In this document: piece after piece, positions 1-9,698 of the stretch
Layout of the letters: every line of letters begins with the position of its first letter
How positions within the stretch are numbered: the stretch's first letter is position 1
From: Brevibacillus brevis
GTDB lineage: Bacteria > Bacillota > Bacilli > Brevibacillales > Brevibacillaceae
Assembly: GCF_031583145.1 (NCBI RefSeq)
Contig: NZ_CP134050.1
Location: 685,739 to 717,738, forward strand
Direction: 5' to 3'
DNA length: 32,000 nucleotides
Position numbers and translations under genes: made by a program
Notes under the pieces: model-generated
What the model saw: the letters and a program-made list of their open reading frames with translations, nothing else
Told to the model about the DNA's origin: nothing
Databases searched by the model: none

Positions 1-670
1 GCGGGATATCGAACTGGCGGCGGGCAATTTTTTTGCACAGGTCTTCCAGCTTGCGCAAAGGCTTGCTCAGGTAGCCGCTGAACCAGATGGCGAGCAGCCA
101 GCTGACCAGCAGGAGAAGGGCAAAAATGACCAGAAACTGGCGGGTCAGGATCCAGTTGATCTGGTTGAGCGCCTGTTCCCGGGTAAACAGCACGAGGTAG
201 TAGGGAAAGCCGTGGTAGTCCATCTTTTTGCTGACGAACAGGAAATCGCCGTGTTCGCGTTCCAGCGAGCCGTGCTGGATCTGTCCGTTCGGCCGGTTCG
301 CGGCCTGCCGAAAGAGACTCAGTCTGTCCCGGTGGGAGATGTGCTCGCTGCTGCGGCCGCCCAGGTAGGTGCCGTCTTCCGCGTAGATGATCATATCAAA
401 CGAATACTCGTAGCGGGACAGCAGCAGCTGGAGAAAGTAGGGCGCTGCCGCCGGGACCGGGAGCAACTCGCGGTTCTCGTTGAACGTAATGTGTTCCGAC
501 AGGGAGAGCAGCTCGTCCTCCAGCAGCTGGTACGTGTTGGAGACGAGGTATTGCTTGACGGCGTAGGGATAGCCGAAACCCAGGCCCAGGCCCAACACGC
601 CGGTCAAAAGCATGAACAGGATGAGAATCTGCCGGGAGAGAGGCAGGTCTTTCAGCCGGAATCGGATCAT
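1..670 (-). CDS. Sensor histidine kinase, N-terminal part (TM, extracellular sensor, TM, HAMP-like); continues off the left edge
   Basis: Reverse-complement reading from ATG at 670: MIRFRLKDLPLSRQILILFMLLTGVLG...FLVIFALLLLVSWLLAIWFSGYLSKPLRKLEDLCKKIARRQFDIP. Overlaps the stop of the response regulator gene, as in a TCS operon. Confidence 0.85.
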   Translation of the reverse strand, partial: MIRFRLKDLPLSRQILILFMLLTGVLGLGLGFGYPYAVKQYLVSNTYQLLEDELLSLSEHITFNENRELLPVPAAAPYFLQLLLSRYEYSFDMIIYAEDGTYLGGRSSEHISHRDRLSLFRQAANRPNGQIQHGSLEREHGDFLFVSKKMDYHGFPYYLVLFTREQALNQINWILTRQFLVIFALLLLVSWLLAIWFSGYLSKPLRKLEDLCKKIARRQFDIP

Positions 671-1374
671 GGGCGGTTCAGACGGTATCCGTAGCCGTAC
701 ACCGTCTCCAGCGGAAATTTGCTCATCTTTTTGCGAATGCGCTTGACCAGATCGTCAACGGCCCGATCGGAACCGATGTAGTCCTCTCCCCAGATCGATG
801 CGAGAATTTGCTCCCGGTTGAGCGCCATCCCCTGATTGTGCAAAAAGTAGATGATCAGCTCAAATTCCTTGGTAGTCAGTTCGATCAGCTTGTCGCCTTC
901 CTTTACCTGCCGCCCTTTTTCCGAGATCAGGTAAGGGCCGATGCTCACCCAGTCCTGGAAAGTTTGCCCCAAAGCCACAGCGGGAAGCGGGCTCGCTTTT
1001 TCATAGGTGCGCTGCAGCAGCTTTTTCGCCCGGATGACCAGTTCCCGGGGAAGAAACGGCTTTGCCAGATAATCGTCACTGCCCAGTTCCAACCCGATGA
1101 TCTTGTCGATGTCCTGATCGCGTGCCGAGATGAAGATAATCGGCACGTCGGACTTCCGGCGGATCAGGCGCAAGAGCTCATAGCCATCGATGTCGGGCAG
1201 CATGATGTCGAGAATCCACAAATGAGGCTGCTCCGCTTCGTCCAGCACCGCCGCGACTTCGCTTCCGGTCGCAAAGGATCGCACCTGCAGACCGGCGCTT
1301 TCCAGGTACGACTGAAGCAGCTGCCGAAGATTGGCTTCATCGTCCACCAGATAGACGAGGTAGGGAGTGTCCAT
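667..1374 (-). CDS. OmpR/PhoB-family response regulator
   Basis: YLVYLVDDEANLRQLLQ, IIFISARDQDIDKIIGLELGSDDYLAKPF receiver motifs and C-terminal winged helix (LTTKEFELIIYFLHNQGMALNREQIL...VDDLVKRIRKKM...VYGYGYR). The ORF is open to 1434; the start at 1374 is my choice. Confidence 0.93.
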   Translation of the reverse strand: MDTPYLVYLVDDEANLRQLLQSYLESAGLQVRSFATGSEVAAVLDEAEQPHLWILDIMLPDIDGYELLRLIRRKSDVPIIFISARDQDIDKIIGLELGSDDYLAKPFLPRELVIRAKKLLQRTYEKASPLPAVALGQTFQDWVSIGPYLISEKGRQVKEGDKLIELTTKEFELIIYFLHNQGMALNREQILASIWGEDYIGSDRAVDDLVKRIRKKMSKFPLETVYGYGYRLNRP

Positions 1375-1551
1375 GCGAGAATCCCTCACTTTGATCAGGT
1401 ATGCCTTCATTCTGTCATTCTTCCATTGTAGCACAGCGAGGAAGACGATATGTGGAAGGGAGGCAAGAGAATCGTGGAAAACATGTGGAAGCAGGATTCA
1501 CCCGGATGGTGGTGAAAAAAGAAGGGGAGAAAAACTGGAAGGAGCGATCCC

Positions 1552-2358
1552 ATGCAACGCCGTCTGAAAACGCCCCTGGTGCTGCTCACCACGTTGGCCC
1601 TGCTGTCCGCCTGCACCGGACAACCCGCAGAAAACGAACAACCACCCGCACCGGAACAGCCGCCCGCTCCGACCGTGGAAACGCCTGAGCCTGAAAAAGA
1701 ACCCGAATTCGCTTACACGGCGCCGCTGACAGGACTTGGCACCAACCAGCCGCCGGAACAGCGACCCGTCATGGTGATGATCAACAACGCGCCGCCTGCT
1801 CGCCCGCAGTCCGGTTTGAACCAGGCAGATCTGGTTTACGAAGTGCTGGCGGAGGGGGAAATGACCCGGTTTCTCGCCGTTTTTCAAAGCCAAAAGCCGG
1901 AAGTGATCGGCCCGGTTCGCAGCATCCGCCCGTATTTCATCGAGCTGGGCGTCGGTTTCGACGCGGTTCTGATCCACGCCGGAGGCAGCCCGGATGCCCT
2001 GGCCACCCTGTCCCGTTCCGACTACAGCCACGTGGACGAGATCCCCAACGGCAAGTACTTCTGGCGGGAGCAGTTCCGCAAGGCGCCGCATAATCTCTAT
2101 ACCAAACCGGAACTGATCTGGCAGGCGATCGACGACAAGGGCATGCGGAAGACATCGGAGCCGATTCGCTTTTCCTTTTTGCCCGAGGGCGCCGACATTG
2201 CGGAGGGAGAACCGGCGGCGACCATTGACATTACCTTTCATTCGCTGAACAAGGCTGCTTTTCGGTACGATCCCGAGCAGAACAAATACCTGCGTTTTAC
2301 CAATGGTGAGCCGCATCTCGACCTGGTGGACAACAGGCAAGAGGTTCTTGTTTTTTAG
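1552..2358 (+). pseudogene. DUF3048 (YerB-like) lipoprotein, C-terminus apparently truncated
   Basis: Lipobox-like ALLSACTGQ; TGLGTNQPPEQRPVMVMINNAPPARPQSGLNQADLVYEVLAEGEMTRF...IGPVRSIRPYFIEL. Homology ends abruptly at about NRQEVLVF*. Confidence 0.75.
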
Positions 2359-2479
2359 GGACGGACATGCGTTGCACGCCGATCGGTCCGCAGTCTGAAA
2401 CGGCCATCGGATGATGCATACTTTTGGATGCGCCGGTAAAGTTTATTTCCTGAATACGCTGTTTCAGGAGGAAACGATA

Positions 2480-2812
2480 ATGAATGACGACAATTACAAG
2501 CGATCGATCAAGCATTTGGAGGAACACCTGCCGGAAGTCGTGGAGCCTTATCACGCGTTGACCGGGACCTGTTTTCAGGCGGGGGAGATCGAGAAAAAGC
2601 AGAAGCACCTGATCGCGCTGGGGATCAGCATGAGCCATCGGGATGACAATTGTGTCCGCTATCATGTACAGGAAGCGATCCACGAAGGGGCGTCGGAAAG
2701 GGAAATCTGGGAAACCGTCGGCGTCACCATTGCGTTGAGCGGCGGCTTGGCAGTGTCCCAGTGTCTGTATTGGGTAACGGAAGCGTTGCAGCAAGGACCG
2801 GATCGCGGCTGA
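2480..2812 (+). CDS. Carboxymuconolactone decarboxylase/AhpD-like family protein
   Basis: IEKKQKHLIALGISMSHRDDNCVRYHVQEAIHEGASEREIWETVGVTIALSGG; RBS caggaggaaac upstream of ATG 2480. Confidence 0.85.
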   Translation: MNDDNYKRSIKHLEEHLPEVVEPYHALTGTCFQAGEIEKKQKHLIALGISMSHRDDNCVRYHVQEAIHEGASEREIWETVGVTIALSGGLAVSQCLYWVTEALQQGPDRG

Positions 2813-2845
2813 GAAGGCGGCGATCCGGAATGCTTGGGGATCGGT

Positions 2846-2965
2846 CCGAATGACCAGCTCCCGGGGAAAAAAGGACTTGGACAGATCATCGTCGCTTTCC
2901 GGTTCCAAACCGACGCCCCTGTCCAGCTCCCGGTTTCTTGCCGACACGAAAATGACCGGCGTCTG
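2846..2965 (-). pseudogene. Fragment of a second response regulator receiver domain
   Basis: Minus frame PQTPVIFVSARNRELDRGVGLEPESDDDLSKSFFPRELVIRT aligns with the intact regulator's VPIIFISARDQDIDKIIGLELGSDDYLAKPFLPRELVIRA. Confidence 0.8.
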
Positions 2966-3207
2966 CGGATTCCATGCCCGATTGCAGAAGGAGACTTTCG
3001 TAGAAAAATGGCGAAATGATGTGAAAAATATGTGATATTCCATCACCTGGCCAAGGTGTGTGTCAGGGGTGTCAACAGAAAAAATGAGAAGATCAAATGG
3101 CCGTTCTTCTTTTCCGGGGACGAGGGTATTTGGGTTTGCGGTAGAATAAAAGAGGATGGCAGCGAGGAATTCGAGCCGGCGAGATTTTTGGGAGAGAGGA
3201 TGGAAGC

Positions 3208-4425
3208 ATGGACAAGCTGTTGCTAAATGAACGAACCAGGATGATGTTTCTGGAGAGTCTGGGTCAGTGGAAGGAAGCGATTGAAGAATTGGAAGCAAAA
3301 GCAGAGGCGAAGCGCTGGGCAAAAATGCAGCATCCAATCTCGCTGGCTGATGCTCTTTCCAGGCTGACAAAAGAGGACTTGTCGAAAATCAGAACGACAT
3401 TGGATGTCAGGGGGGCCAGTTCCTTGCGAAAACAGGAACTGATTGACGTACTGGTACAGCAGATTCCCGCCAAACTGCCCCGCCTGTTGGGAAAGATGGA
3501 CGAATCACGCTACAAAATCCTGAAGCGCTTGGCAGAAGGGGGCGGAATCGGGTTTGTTTCGCTGACGCCAGATCAGTTGTCTTATTGGATTTCCAGGGGG
3601 CTGGTTTTTTCAGGGACGATTCAAGGGAAAAAGACCTTGGTCATTCCCCAGGAAGTTCTGGCGGCTTTCAGACAAGCGGACGGCGACCCGGCTGTGCAGG
3701 AAAAAGTGCGCCGAAATACAGAGTGGCTTAAGATTACCTATGGGTGCCTCTACTATTACGGAACATTGGGTCTGACTGAATTGCAAAGCCTTCTTAAGCA
3801 GCATGCCAAAGCAGAACCAGAATCGATCGAGTATCTTTTCGTACTATATGAAGCGGAGCAGTTTGAAAAAAACATTCGTATCGATTTGGATGGCACAACT
3901 TCCCACTCCGACGTCTGGGATCCAAAACGCGTGAAACAAGAACACCGGGCGAGACCGGATTTGTCGTTTCGCCCATTCAGCAAGACGCAATTGCTGCGTG
4001 CCGGGGAACCGGGTTATGTCGACCGGAATGCGCAATACCAGGCTTTTGTCCAGTTTCTCTGTAACCATTACGTAATCACGCGCGAAGAAGCAGACCAACT
4101 GGTGGAAGAATGTGTCTATGCCATCCAGAATGGCGAGGAACTGCAGGATACGCTTGGCATGTTTCAGCAAGAGATGGAGATCGACAGTGTGGATATGCTT
4201 CAGGAATTCATGAGGCATATTGTAGAGCTGCACAACCATACCAGACAATGGATTCTGAAGGGCCACACGCCAGATGAACTTTTTGCCGAGGAAAAAAAGG
4301 CCTTGCGTCCGCTTCCTGCTGCCAAGGCAGAGGTGGTCGATTTCGCGACGAGAAAAAAAGTGGGGAGAAATGACCCATGCCCCTGCGGAAGCGGCAAAAA
4401 GTTTAAAAAATGCTGTGGGCGATGA
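3208..4425 (+). CDS. SEC-C metal-binding protein with N-terminal Rho_N/SAP-like region
   Basis: C-terminal [23 protein letters not shown]; N-terminal [38 protein letters not shown]. Confidence 0.85.
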   Translation: MDKLLLNERTRMMFLESLGQWKEAIEELEAKAEAKRWAKMQHPISLADALSRLTKEDLSKIRTTLDVRGASSLRKQELIDVLVQQIPAKLPRLLGKMDESRYKILKRLAEGGGIGFVSLTPDQLSYWISRGLVFSGTIQGKKTLVIPQEVLAAFRQADGDPAVQEKVRRNTEWLKITYGCLYYYGTLGLTELQSLLKQHAKAEPESIEYLFVLYEAEQFEKNIRIDLDGTTSHSDVWDPKRVKQEHRARPDLSFRPFSKTQLLRAGEPGYVDRNAQYQAFVQFLCNHYVITREEADQLVEECVYAIQNGEELQDTLGMFQQEMEIDSVDMLQEFMRHIVELHNHTRQWILKGHTPDELFAEEKKALRPLPAAKAEVVDFATRKKVGRNDPCPCGSGKKFKKCCGR

Positions 4426-4570
4426 AACTTGCCTGATCAAAGCCAGGGGCGTGAAAATAGATGAATACCTGTCAAACGAAGGCTTTCCTGTGATACAATC
4501 AGTGAATCCGGAAGTTCTGCCGGATGAAACGAGCTGAGTTGAGAAGCGAAGAAAAGAAAGGTGAGCGGAG

Positions 4571-5284
4571 ATGAGAAAGATGGAATCAAGCCATTCATGG
4601 GATTTGGACCGGATAGTATTCATCGGCAGGGTTTGGGATGAATACATGCAGATGTTTCATCTTGTCGAGGCGGATTTGGCAGGGCGCAGGATTCTCGACT
4701 GTCCTGCCGGTGCCTGTTCCTTTACGGCAGGCTGCAACGAACGGGGATTTGATGTGACGGCATGTGATATCGCTTACTACCACCCCGTCACAATTTTGGA
4801 ACAAAAAGGGCTTCAAGATTTGGAAACCACGATTTCGAATATGGAAAAGGCTGAGGTTCAAAAAAATTTCCGGTGGGATTCTTTCAAATCTGTCGACGAT
4901 TTGAAACAGGCGAGAAGGGCCGCATTGCGCGATTGTACCGCGGATATGAGACGAAATCCGAATCGGTATATTCCCGCTGTTCTGCCCATTCTGCCTTTCC
5001 GGGATGAAGCGTTCGACCTGACACTTTCGGCCCATTTCTTGTTCCTGTACGAAGATCAATTGGATTACGCCTTTCATGTGCAGGCGCTAAAGGAATTGAT
5101 CCGGGTGACAAAAGAAGAAATCAGGATATTTCCCACAACCAATTTTGCTTGTGAAAGATATGGATACCTGGATCAACTGATTGAGGAAATCCGTCGCCTG
5201 GGATGGACCGCCCAGGAAGTGAGGGTGCCTTACGAATTTCAAAAAAACACCAACCAAATGCTGGTGATCAGGAAAGAGAAATAG
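4571..5284 (+). CDS. Class I SAM-dependent methyltransferase-like protein
   Basis: RRILDCPAGACSFTAGCNERGFDVTACDIAYYHP (motif I-like), ...LPFRDEAFDLTLSAHFLFLY...LKELIRVTKEEIRIFPTTNF. Confidence 0.8.
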   Translation: MRKMESSHSWDLDRIVFIGRVWDEYMQMFHLVEADLAGRRILDCPAGACSFTAGCNERGFDVTACDIAYYHPVTILEQKGLQDLETTISNMEKAEVQKNFRWDSFKSVDDLKQARRAALRDCTADMRRNPNRYIPAVLPILPFRDEAFDLTLSAHFLFLYEDQLDYAFHVQALKELIRVTKEEIRIFPTTNFACERYGYLDQLIEEIRRLGWTAQEVRVPYEFQKNTNQMLVIRKEK

Positions 5285-5302
5285 CCGTATAGAGTTTCGA
5301 GT

Positions 5303-5335
5303 GACATCCCTGTTTGAAACAGGGGTGTCTTTTTT
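5303..5335 (+). terminator. Rho-independent terminator
   Basis: gacatccctgttt-g-aaacaggggtgtc followed by tttttt. Confidence 0.85.
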
Positions 5336-5521
5336 GACTGTATCAGAAAGTATAAACTTCACGGCTCAGCTTCCTGATACAGCAAGAACAACCTTCAGCT
5401 AAAACGCGGACGTTCCTCCTCGAGAAGGCTTCGATAGAGGTTTTCTTAACGTATAAGAATTTATAAATTTTGAGGAACCGAAGGCTTCCCCTTTTTCAGT
5501 TTTTTCTGTTATGGTGAAGTC

Positions 5522-6255
5522 ATGGAGACTAACATTTTGTGGCGAATCTTTTTCGATGAACATCAGAATTGGGCTGCTTTCGTAAGAAAACACAAGAAGA
5601 ACATTCGACCTGTTGTCATAAAAGAGGTTGAAAAGTTTCGAGATTGTGGTAACCCAAGGACAGGATTTAAGCTGTTTGTGTGCGAAGGATGTCATGATGT
5701 ACGCAGAGTTCCCTATCGGTGCAAGGGGAGATTTTGTACTACCTGTTCGGTTGGGGAGACGGAGGAGTGGAGTCGCCTTTTGGAGGAAGAGGTGTTTCAG
5801 GTACATCATCGTCATGTGATCCTGACGATTGACGAGGGGTTACGTGTCGTTTTCCTCAAGCATCGTGAATTGCTAAAAGTCTTTATGGATGAAGGGGCGC
5901 GGCTTGTAAAAGAGTATTTTGAGAAAAAACATAAAGTAACTCCTGGGATTATTGTCGGATTACATACATTTGGTTCGAAGATGAACTTTAATCCGCACCT
6001 TCACATGCTCGTCACCATGGGGGGAATGAAGAACAACGGGGAATGGAAAACGTATGATTTCATTCCGTTTGAAATGTTGCGCAAGCAGTGGCAAACCATT
6101 GTGTTGAAGTTGATCCGTCGAATGTTATCGGAAGAAGAAAAAAAGAAAATACAGCCACTTTTGCAAAAAGTACTCTGCCAATGGAGAAGGCTTCTATGTG
6201 TATGCCCCAAAACAAAAAGGGAACATCAAGGCGCAATTGGGGTATATTGGCCGTT
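5522..6255 (+). pseudogene. IS91-like (HUH, Y2) transposase, 5' part; frameshifted near 6165-6190 and interrupted by an IS21 element
   Basis: Zinc-binding N-terminus (CRFCTTCSVGETEEW) and HUH motif NPHLHMLVTMGG. The frame moves to NGEGFYVYAPKQKGNIKAQLGYIGR before the insertion point. Confidence 0.85.
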
Positions 6256-6305
6256 TGTAACCGTCAAGTATCTTTGAACAAATTTCACTAATTTATATTC
6301 AACAA

Positions 6306-7061
6306 CTAGTAACTTCCAAATATGGTTTCACGGTGCCTGATCCGATAACTGTCTCCCGTCAGATGAATCACCTCACTTCGATGCAGGATGCGGTCCAGAA
6401 TAGCAGCGGTGACAGCGGGATCGCCAAGCAGATCTCCCCATTCTTCTGGTCCTTTGTTGGATGTGAGAATGATAGATGCTTGTCCGTATAGCTTGTTGAC
6501 CAACTGGAAAAACAAGTGCGCTTCCTGTCGATCCAGCGCCATGAACATCAGATCGTCCACAATCACCAGATCGGATCGCACGATCCGGTTCACCCGCAGT
6601 TGGGCGTTCCGAGAAATCTCTTGCGTTTTCAACAGCTGCAAGAGCTGATCCATGGTGGCGAAGCTGACGTTGTACCCTTGATTCAGCGCCTCAACGCCCA
6701 ATGCGATCGCCAGATGCGTTTTTCCTACGCCCGGCGGGCCGAGGAACAGCAGGTTGTAATGCTGTTCTAGCCAGATCAGTTCCCGAAGTTGTTGCAGCTG
6801 TCGTTTTCCGAGCGAGGGCTGTTGATCAACCCGGAATTCATCCAGGGTTTTCAGCTCCGGAAAAGCAGCACGTTTATATCGGCGGGCAAACTGCTTTTCT
6901 TCCCGTTTTTTCAATTCGTACGAAAGTACGCACTGCAAACACTGGCGGTAACTCCACTGTCGGGTTTCGGCTTCCATCAGAAGCTCGTCCAGTGCTTGAG
7001 CGGCGGCGGTTAACTGCAGTGCGCTGAATACGGACTTCAGTTCCATCGTCACTTCACTCAT
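6306..7061 (-). CDS. istB: IS21-family ATPase IstB
   Basis: LLFLGPPGVGKTHLAIALGVEALNQGYNVSFATMDQLL...DLVIVDDLMF...ILTSNKGPEEWGDLLGDPAVTAAILDRILHRSEVIHLTGDSYRIR. Confidence 0.95.
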   Translation of the reverse strand: MSEVTMELKSVFSALQLTAAAQALDELLMEAETRQWSYRQCLQCVLSYELKKREEKQFARRYKRAAFPELKTLDEFRVDQQPSLGKRQLQQLRELIWLEQHYNLLFLGPPGVGKTHLAIALGVEALNQGYNVSFATMDQLLQLLKTQEISRNAQLRVNRIVRSDLVIVDDLMFMALDRQEAHLFFQLVNKLYGQASIILTSNKGPEEWGDLLGDPAVTAAILDRILHRSEVIHLTGDSYRIRHRETIFGSY

Positions 7062-8632
7062 CTCGATCCCTCCAGGATTGCTTGGTATACTTCAAACGGA
7101 CGAATTTGCGGCTTCATCTTCAACATCTGCCGCTGGGGCTCTTCCAACAATCGGATGTCTGTGGGAATGGTTGGTTCCGCGCCCGGTTTTCGTTCAGCGA
7201 AATGGTGCAGCGCGTCCACAAAATCCGTGGCCTGGTAGAGTTGATGTTTCAAACAATAGGCCAGCGCTTTCGCAAGTGCGTCCGCATCTGTGTCTTTGGC
7301 GTGCTTATCAATCCACTGTAACTGATCCCGAATGTAACGCGGTTTCCGTTCCCGGATCATCGTGAGATAGGATCGGGCTTGTCCCGGCTCGGGAAAACGG
7401 GCAGCTACGTGTTCGATGTAGGTGTCAATGCCTTTGGAACGATCTCGGGCATGGTTCGTGTTCTTGATCAGCTTCCCTTTACCGGAATGCAGCGGATGAC
7501 GAGCCAATTCATCACCGGTTTCCGAGTGAAACGCCAGCAACTGCTTCTCCGACGTTACTTTGATCTCCACGAAGGTGTCCGGACCGGTGTAGGTTCCAAG
7601 CGGCAGCGAGTATCGGTTCCCCTGAAAGACAACGGTATTGTCTTTTCGCACCCGTCTTGTTATACTGGGGGCAAATTCGGTTTGTATTTTTTCGGGAACC
7701 GGCAGGAGATGGAGCCGCTCTTCGGCGAACACCTCTGCCGGTATTTTTTTCGTAGAGTGATGCATCCGCCCATTTCCGGTTCGGTTCAACCAATCCATGC
7801 AGTCTTCGTTCCAGCGGTCGATGTGGGTAAAGATCCGATGACGCGCGAAGTTGTTTTTCACAAAACCGACGACGTTTTCCACTCGACCCTTACTTTCCGG
7901 ATCCTGCTTACGGCACATGCGAATCTGGAATCCACGCTGTCGGACGTAGGCGGCGAATTGGGCCGTGAGGATCAGATCTCCGTGGTTCTCGCTGACGAGC
8001 AGCAAATGATCCTGATCATAGACGATTTCGCGTGTCATTCCGCCGAAAAATGCGAAGGCGTTCTCGTGACAGCGAATAACATCTACTGTGATGAACGGCC
8101 GATCTTGCCATTCGACGTATTTGTGCCTGGAATGGGATAAAACGAACGCGATGCACCATAATCGTACGGGATGCCCATAAAGATCGCGGGTTTTCGTTTC
8201 GCCGAAATCCACTTGCATCTGCTGTCCCATGGGCGGATCTTCGACTGCCTCGTACTGGCGGATCGGTTTGCTTTTCGGCATGCCATGCTGCTCGCGCAAG
8301 CGCCGGACAAAGTTGCGCACGGTACTCTCGCAGACATTGGCATCCAAGCGTCGTTCCTTCAACCAGTCATGAATCTGAGCGGCTGAAAGATCGGGATATT
8401 CTCGCAACCACTGAACAACTTGGGGCTCAACCGGATCCAGTTTCTTTCTTCGCGTCTTCACCGATTCGATAAAGGCCTGCATCTCTTCCGGTGACATGTG
8501 CAAGTATTTGTACACGGTGTTTCGCGAGATCTTCAATTTACGAGCGATCTGTGAAACAGTAAGCCCCAACTGTTTCAGTTGATAGATTTCGATGTACATA
8601 GGCCACCTTTCCGCAAATTTCATTCTCCTCAC
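7058..8632 (-). CDS. istA: IS21-family transposase IstA
   Basis: N-terminal HTH (QLKQLGLTVSQIARKLKISRNTVYKYL), rve core QVDFGETKTRDLYG...FVLSHSRHKYVEWQ..., 4-nt overlap with istB. Confidence 0.95.
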   Translation of the reverse strand: MRRMKFAERWPMYIEIYQLKQLGLTVSQIARKLKISRNTVYKYLHMSPEEMQAFIESVKTRRKKLDPVEPQVVQWLREYPDLSAAQIHDWLKERRLDANVCESTVRNFVRRLREQHGMPKSKPIRQYEAVEDPPMGQQMQVDFGETKTRDLYGHPVRLWCIAFVLSHSRHKYVEWQDRPFITVDVIRCHENAFAFFGGMTREIVYDQDHLLLVSENHGDLILTAQFAAYVRQRGFQIRMCRKQDPESKGRVENVVGFVKNNFARHRIFTHIDRWNEDCMDWLNRTGNGRMHHSTKKIPAEVFAEERLHLLPVPEKIQTEFAPSITRRVRKDNTVVFQGNRYSLPLGTYTGPDTFVEIKVTSEKQLLAFHSETGDELARHPLHSGKGKLIKNTNHARDRSKGIDTYIEHVAARFPEPGQARSYLTMIRERKPRYIRDQLQWIDKHAKDTDADALAKALAYCLKHQLYQATDFVDALHHFAERKPGAEPTIPTDIRLLEEPQRQMLKMKPQIRPFEVYQAILEGSR

Positions 8633-8740
8633 CCAAATCTAAAAAAAATTCCAGCACTATTATATCGGATGAGGGAAAAGTAGGGAATTTGTGTTGAGAG
8701 TTATTTCGTGTTTCTTGTTAATTTTAGTTTAGCGGTTACA

Positions 8741-9323
8741 CCGTTATATTCGTCGACCTGCGATTGCGATCCGACGGATCGAGGAATATGACGGACAGTA
8801 TGTAACGTATCGTTACCATGACAAGACAGATGGACAAGAGAAGACAGAAACCATCACGGTCGAGGAGTTCATTGCACGATTAATACGGCATATTCCAGAT
8901 GAGGGCTTCAAGACGATTCGATACTACGGCGTTTATTCGCGCAGAATCAAAAGCCTTTGCAAAAAGGTTATTTCTGCATGGCAAAAAACCGTAAGAAAAT
9001 GGGTTGTGAAAGTAAAACAAGCTCTTCGTCGTAGGAACTGGAGAGAAAAGCTGATCCATCACACAGGTAAAGATCCTATGGTCTGCCCAAGATGCGAATG
9101 TTACTATGAATACAAGGGAGAAGTCTGCCTAAAAGATGGACAACTTACGATCGCGTTTGCTGCATGCGATCTTTCAAGGCGTTGTTTAGAAAGGATGATT
9201 GAAGATCTCACAGGTGTCAAAAAAGAAAAAGGCAAAGAAAAACCACAAAGCACTACTCGAAAGTTTCCGAAGGAAACAAGAGAAGAACGAAGTCGTCAAA
9301 TATGTCTGTTTGACGTGTCATGA
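8741..9323 (+). pseudogene. IS91-like transposase, 3' part
   Basis: YIRRPAIAIRRIEEYDGQYVTYRYHDKTDGQEKTETITVEEFIARLIRHIPDEGFKTIRYYGVYSRR...WREKLIHHTGKDPMVCPRCECYYEYKG. In frame with ...LGYIGR once the IS21 plus one TSD copy is removed. Confidence 0.85.
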
Positions 9324-9489
9324 AATAGAGGAAATTCCATTGAGTGTAGTTCGTGATTTTGATGCAATGGATGATGGTGATCCATCTGTCCCCCCTCAAT
9401 TTGGTTGTGAGCACTGCGGAAATCCCATGTACCCTGAGTATTACAAAGGATTGCATGGATATGAGTACAAACTTTCGGATATCCTCTAA
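9199..9489 (+). CDS. Small zinc-ribbon-like protein, possible IS91-element passenger
   Basis: KYVCLTCHEIEEIPLSVVRDFDAMDDGDPSVPPQFGCEHCGNPMYPEYYKGLHGYEYK; paired Cys knuckles; followed by a terminator. Confidence 0.55.
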   Translation: MKISQVSKKKKAKKNHKALLESFRRKQEKNEVVKYVCLTCHEIEEIPLSVVRDFDAMDDGDPSVPPQFGCEHCGNPMYPEYYKGLHGYEYKLSDIL

Positions 9490-9499
9490 CGCAAAAAGG

Positions 9500-9524
9500 C
9501 CCGGAGCTTCGCTCCGGGTTTTCT
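9500..9524 (+). terminator. Rho-independent terminator
   Basis: cccggagc-ttc-gctccggg followed by ttttctt. Confidence 0.85.
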
Positions 9525-9698
9525 TAATAGGACACAGGCGGCTATCCAGGGTGGGCAAAGTAGCGAGATCATTTATTACGAAATCGAATAAATGATATCT
9601 AAAAAACGCTCGTTTTATTAACTATTTATTCATAAAAGGTGAGGATTCGCATTAACATAGCCATGCGAAGATGGAACATGTAAATCACGCAAGGTGAG

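Larger units (their letters stand above)
6256..8740 (-). mobile_element. Complete IS21-family element
   Basis: istA and istB; ends TGTAACCGTCAAG... (6256) and ...AGCGGTTACA (8740, revcomp TGTAACCGCTAAA); 5-bp target duplication CCGTT at 6251-6255 and 8741-8745. Confidence 0.93.

Noticed and set aside
1498-2340. 280-aa minus-strand ORF antisense to the DUF3048 gene
   Set aside because: Shadow ORF of a high-GC coding region; no recognisable family motifs, and the plus strand encodes a clear lipoprotein.
2297-3370. 357-aa minus-strand ORF
   Set aside because: Runs antisense to the CMD gene and joins unrelated pieces; only the internal response-regulator fragment is meaningful.
7379-8140. Plus-strand 253-aa ORF inside the IS21 element
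   Set aside because: Antisense to istA; no independent support.
9630-9660. Possible PhoP (Pho box) site upstream of ptxA
   Set aside because: Only one TTAACA-like unit is visible without properly spaced repeats; not enough to call.
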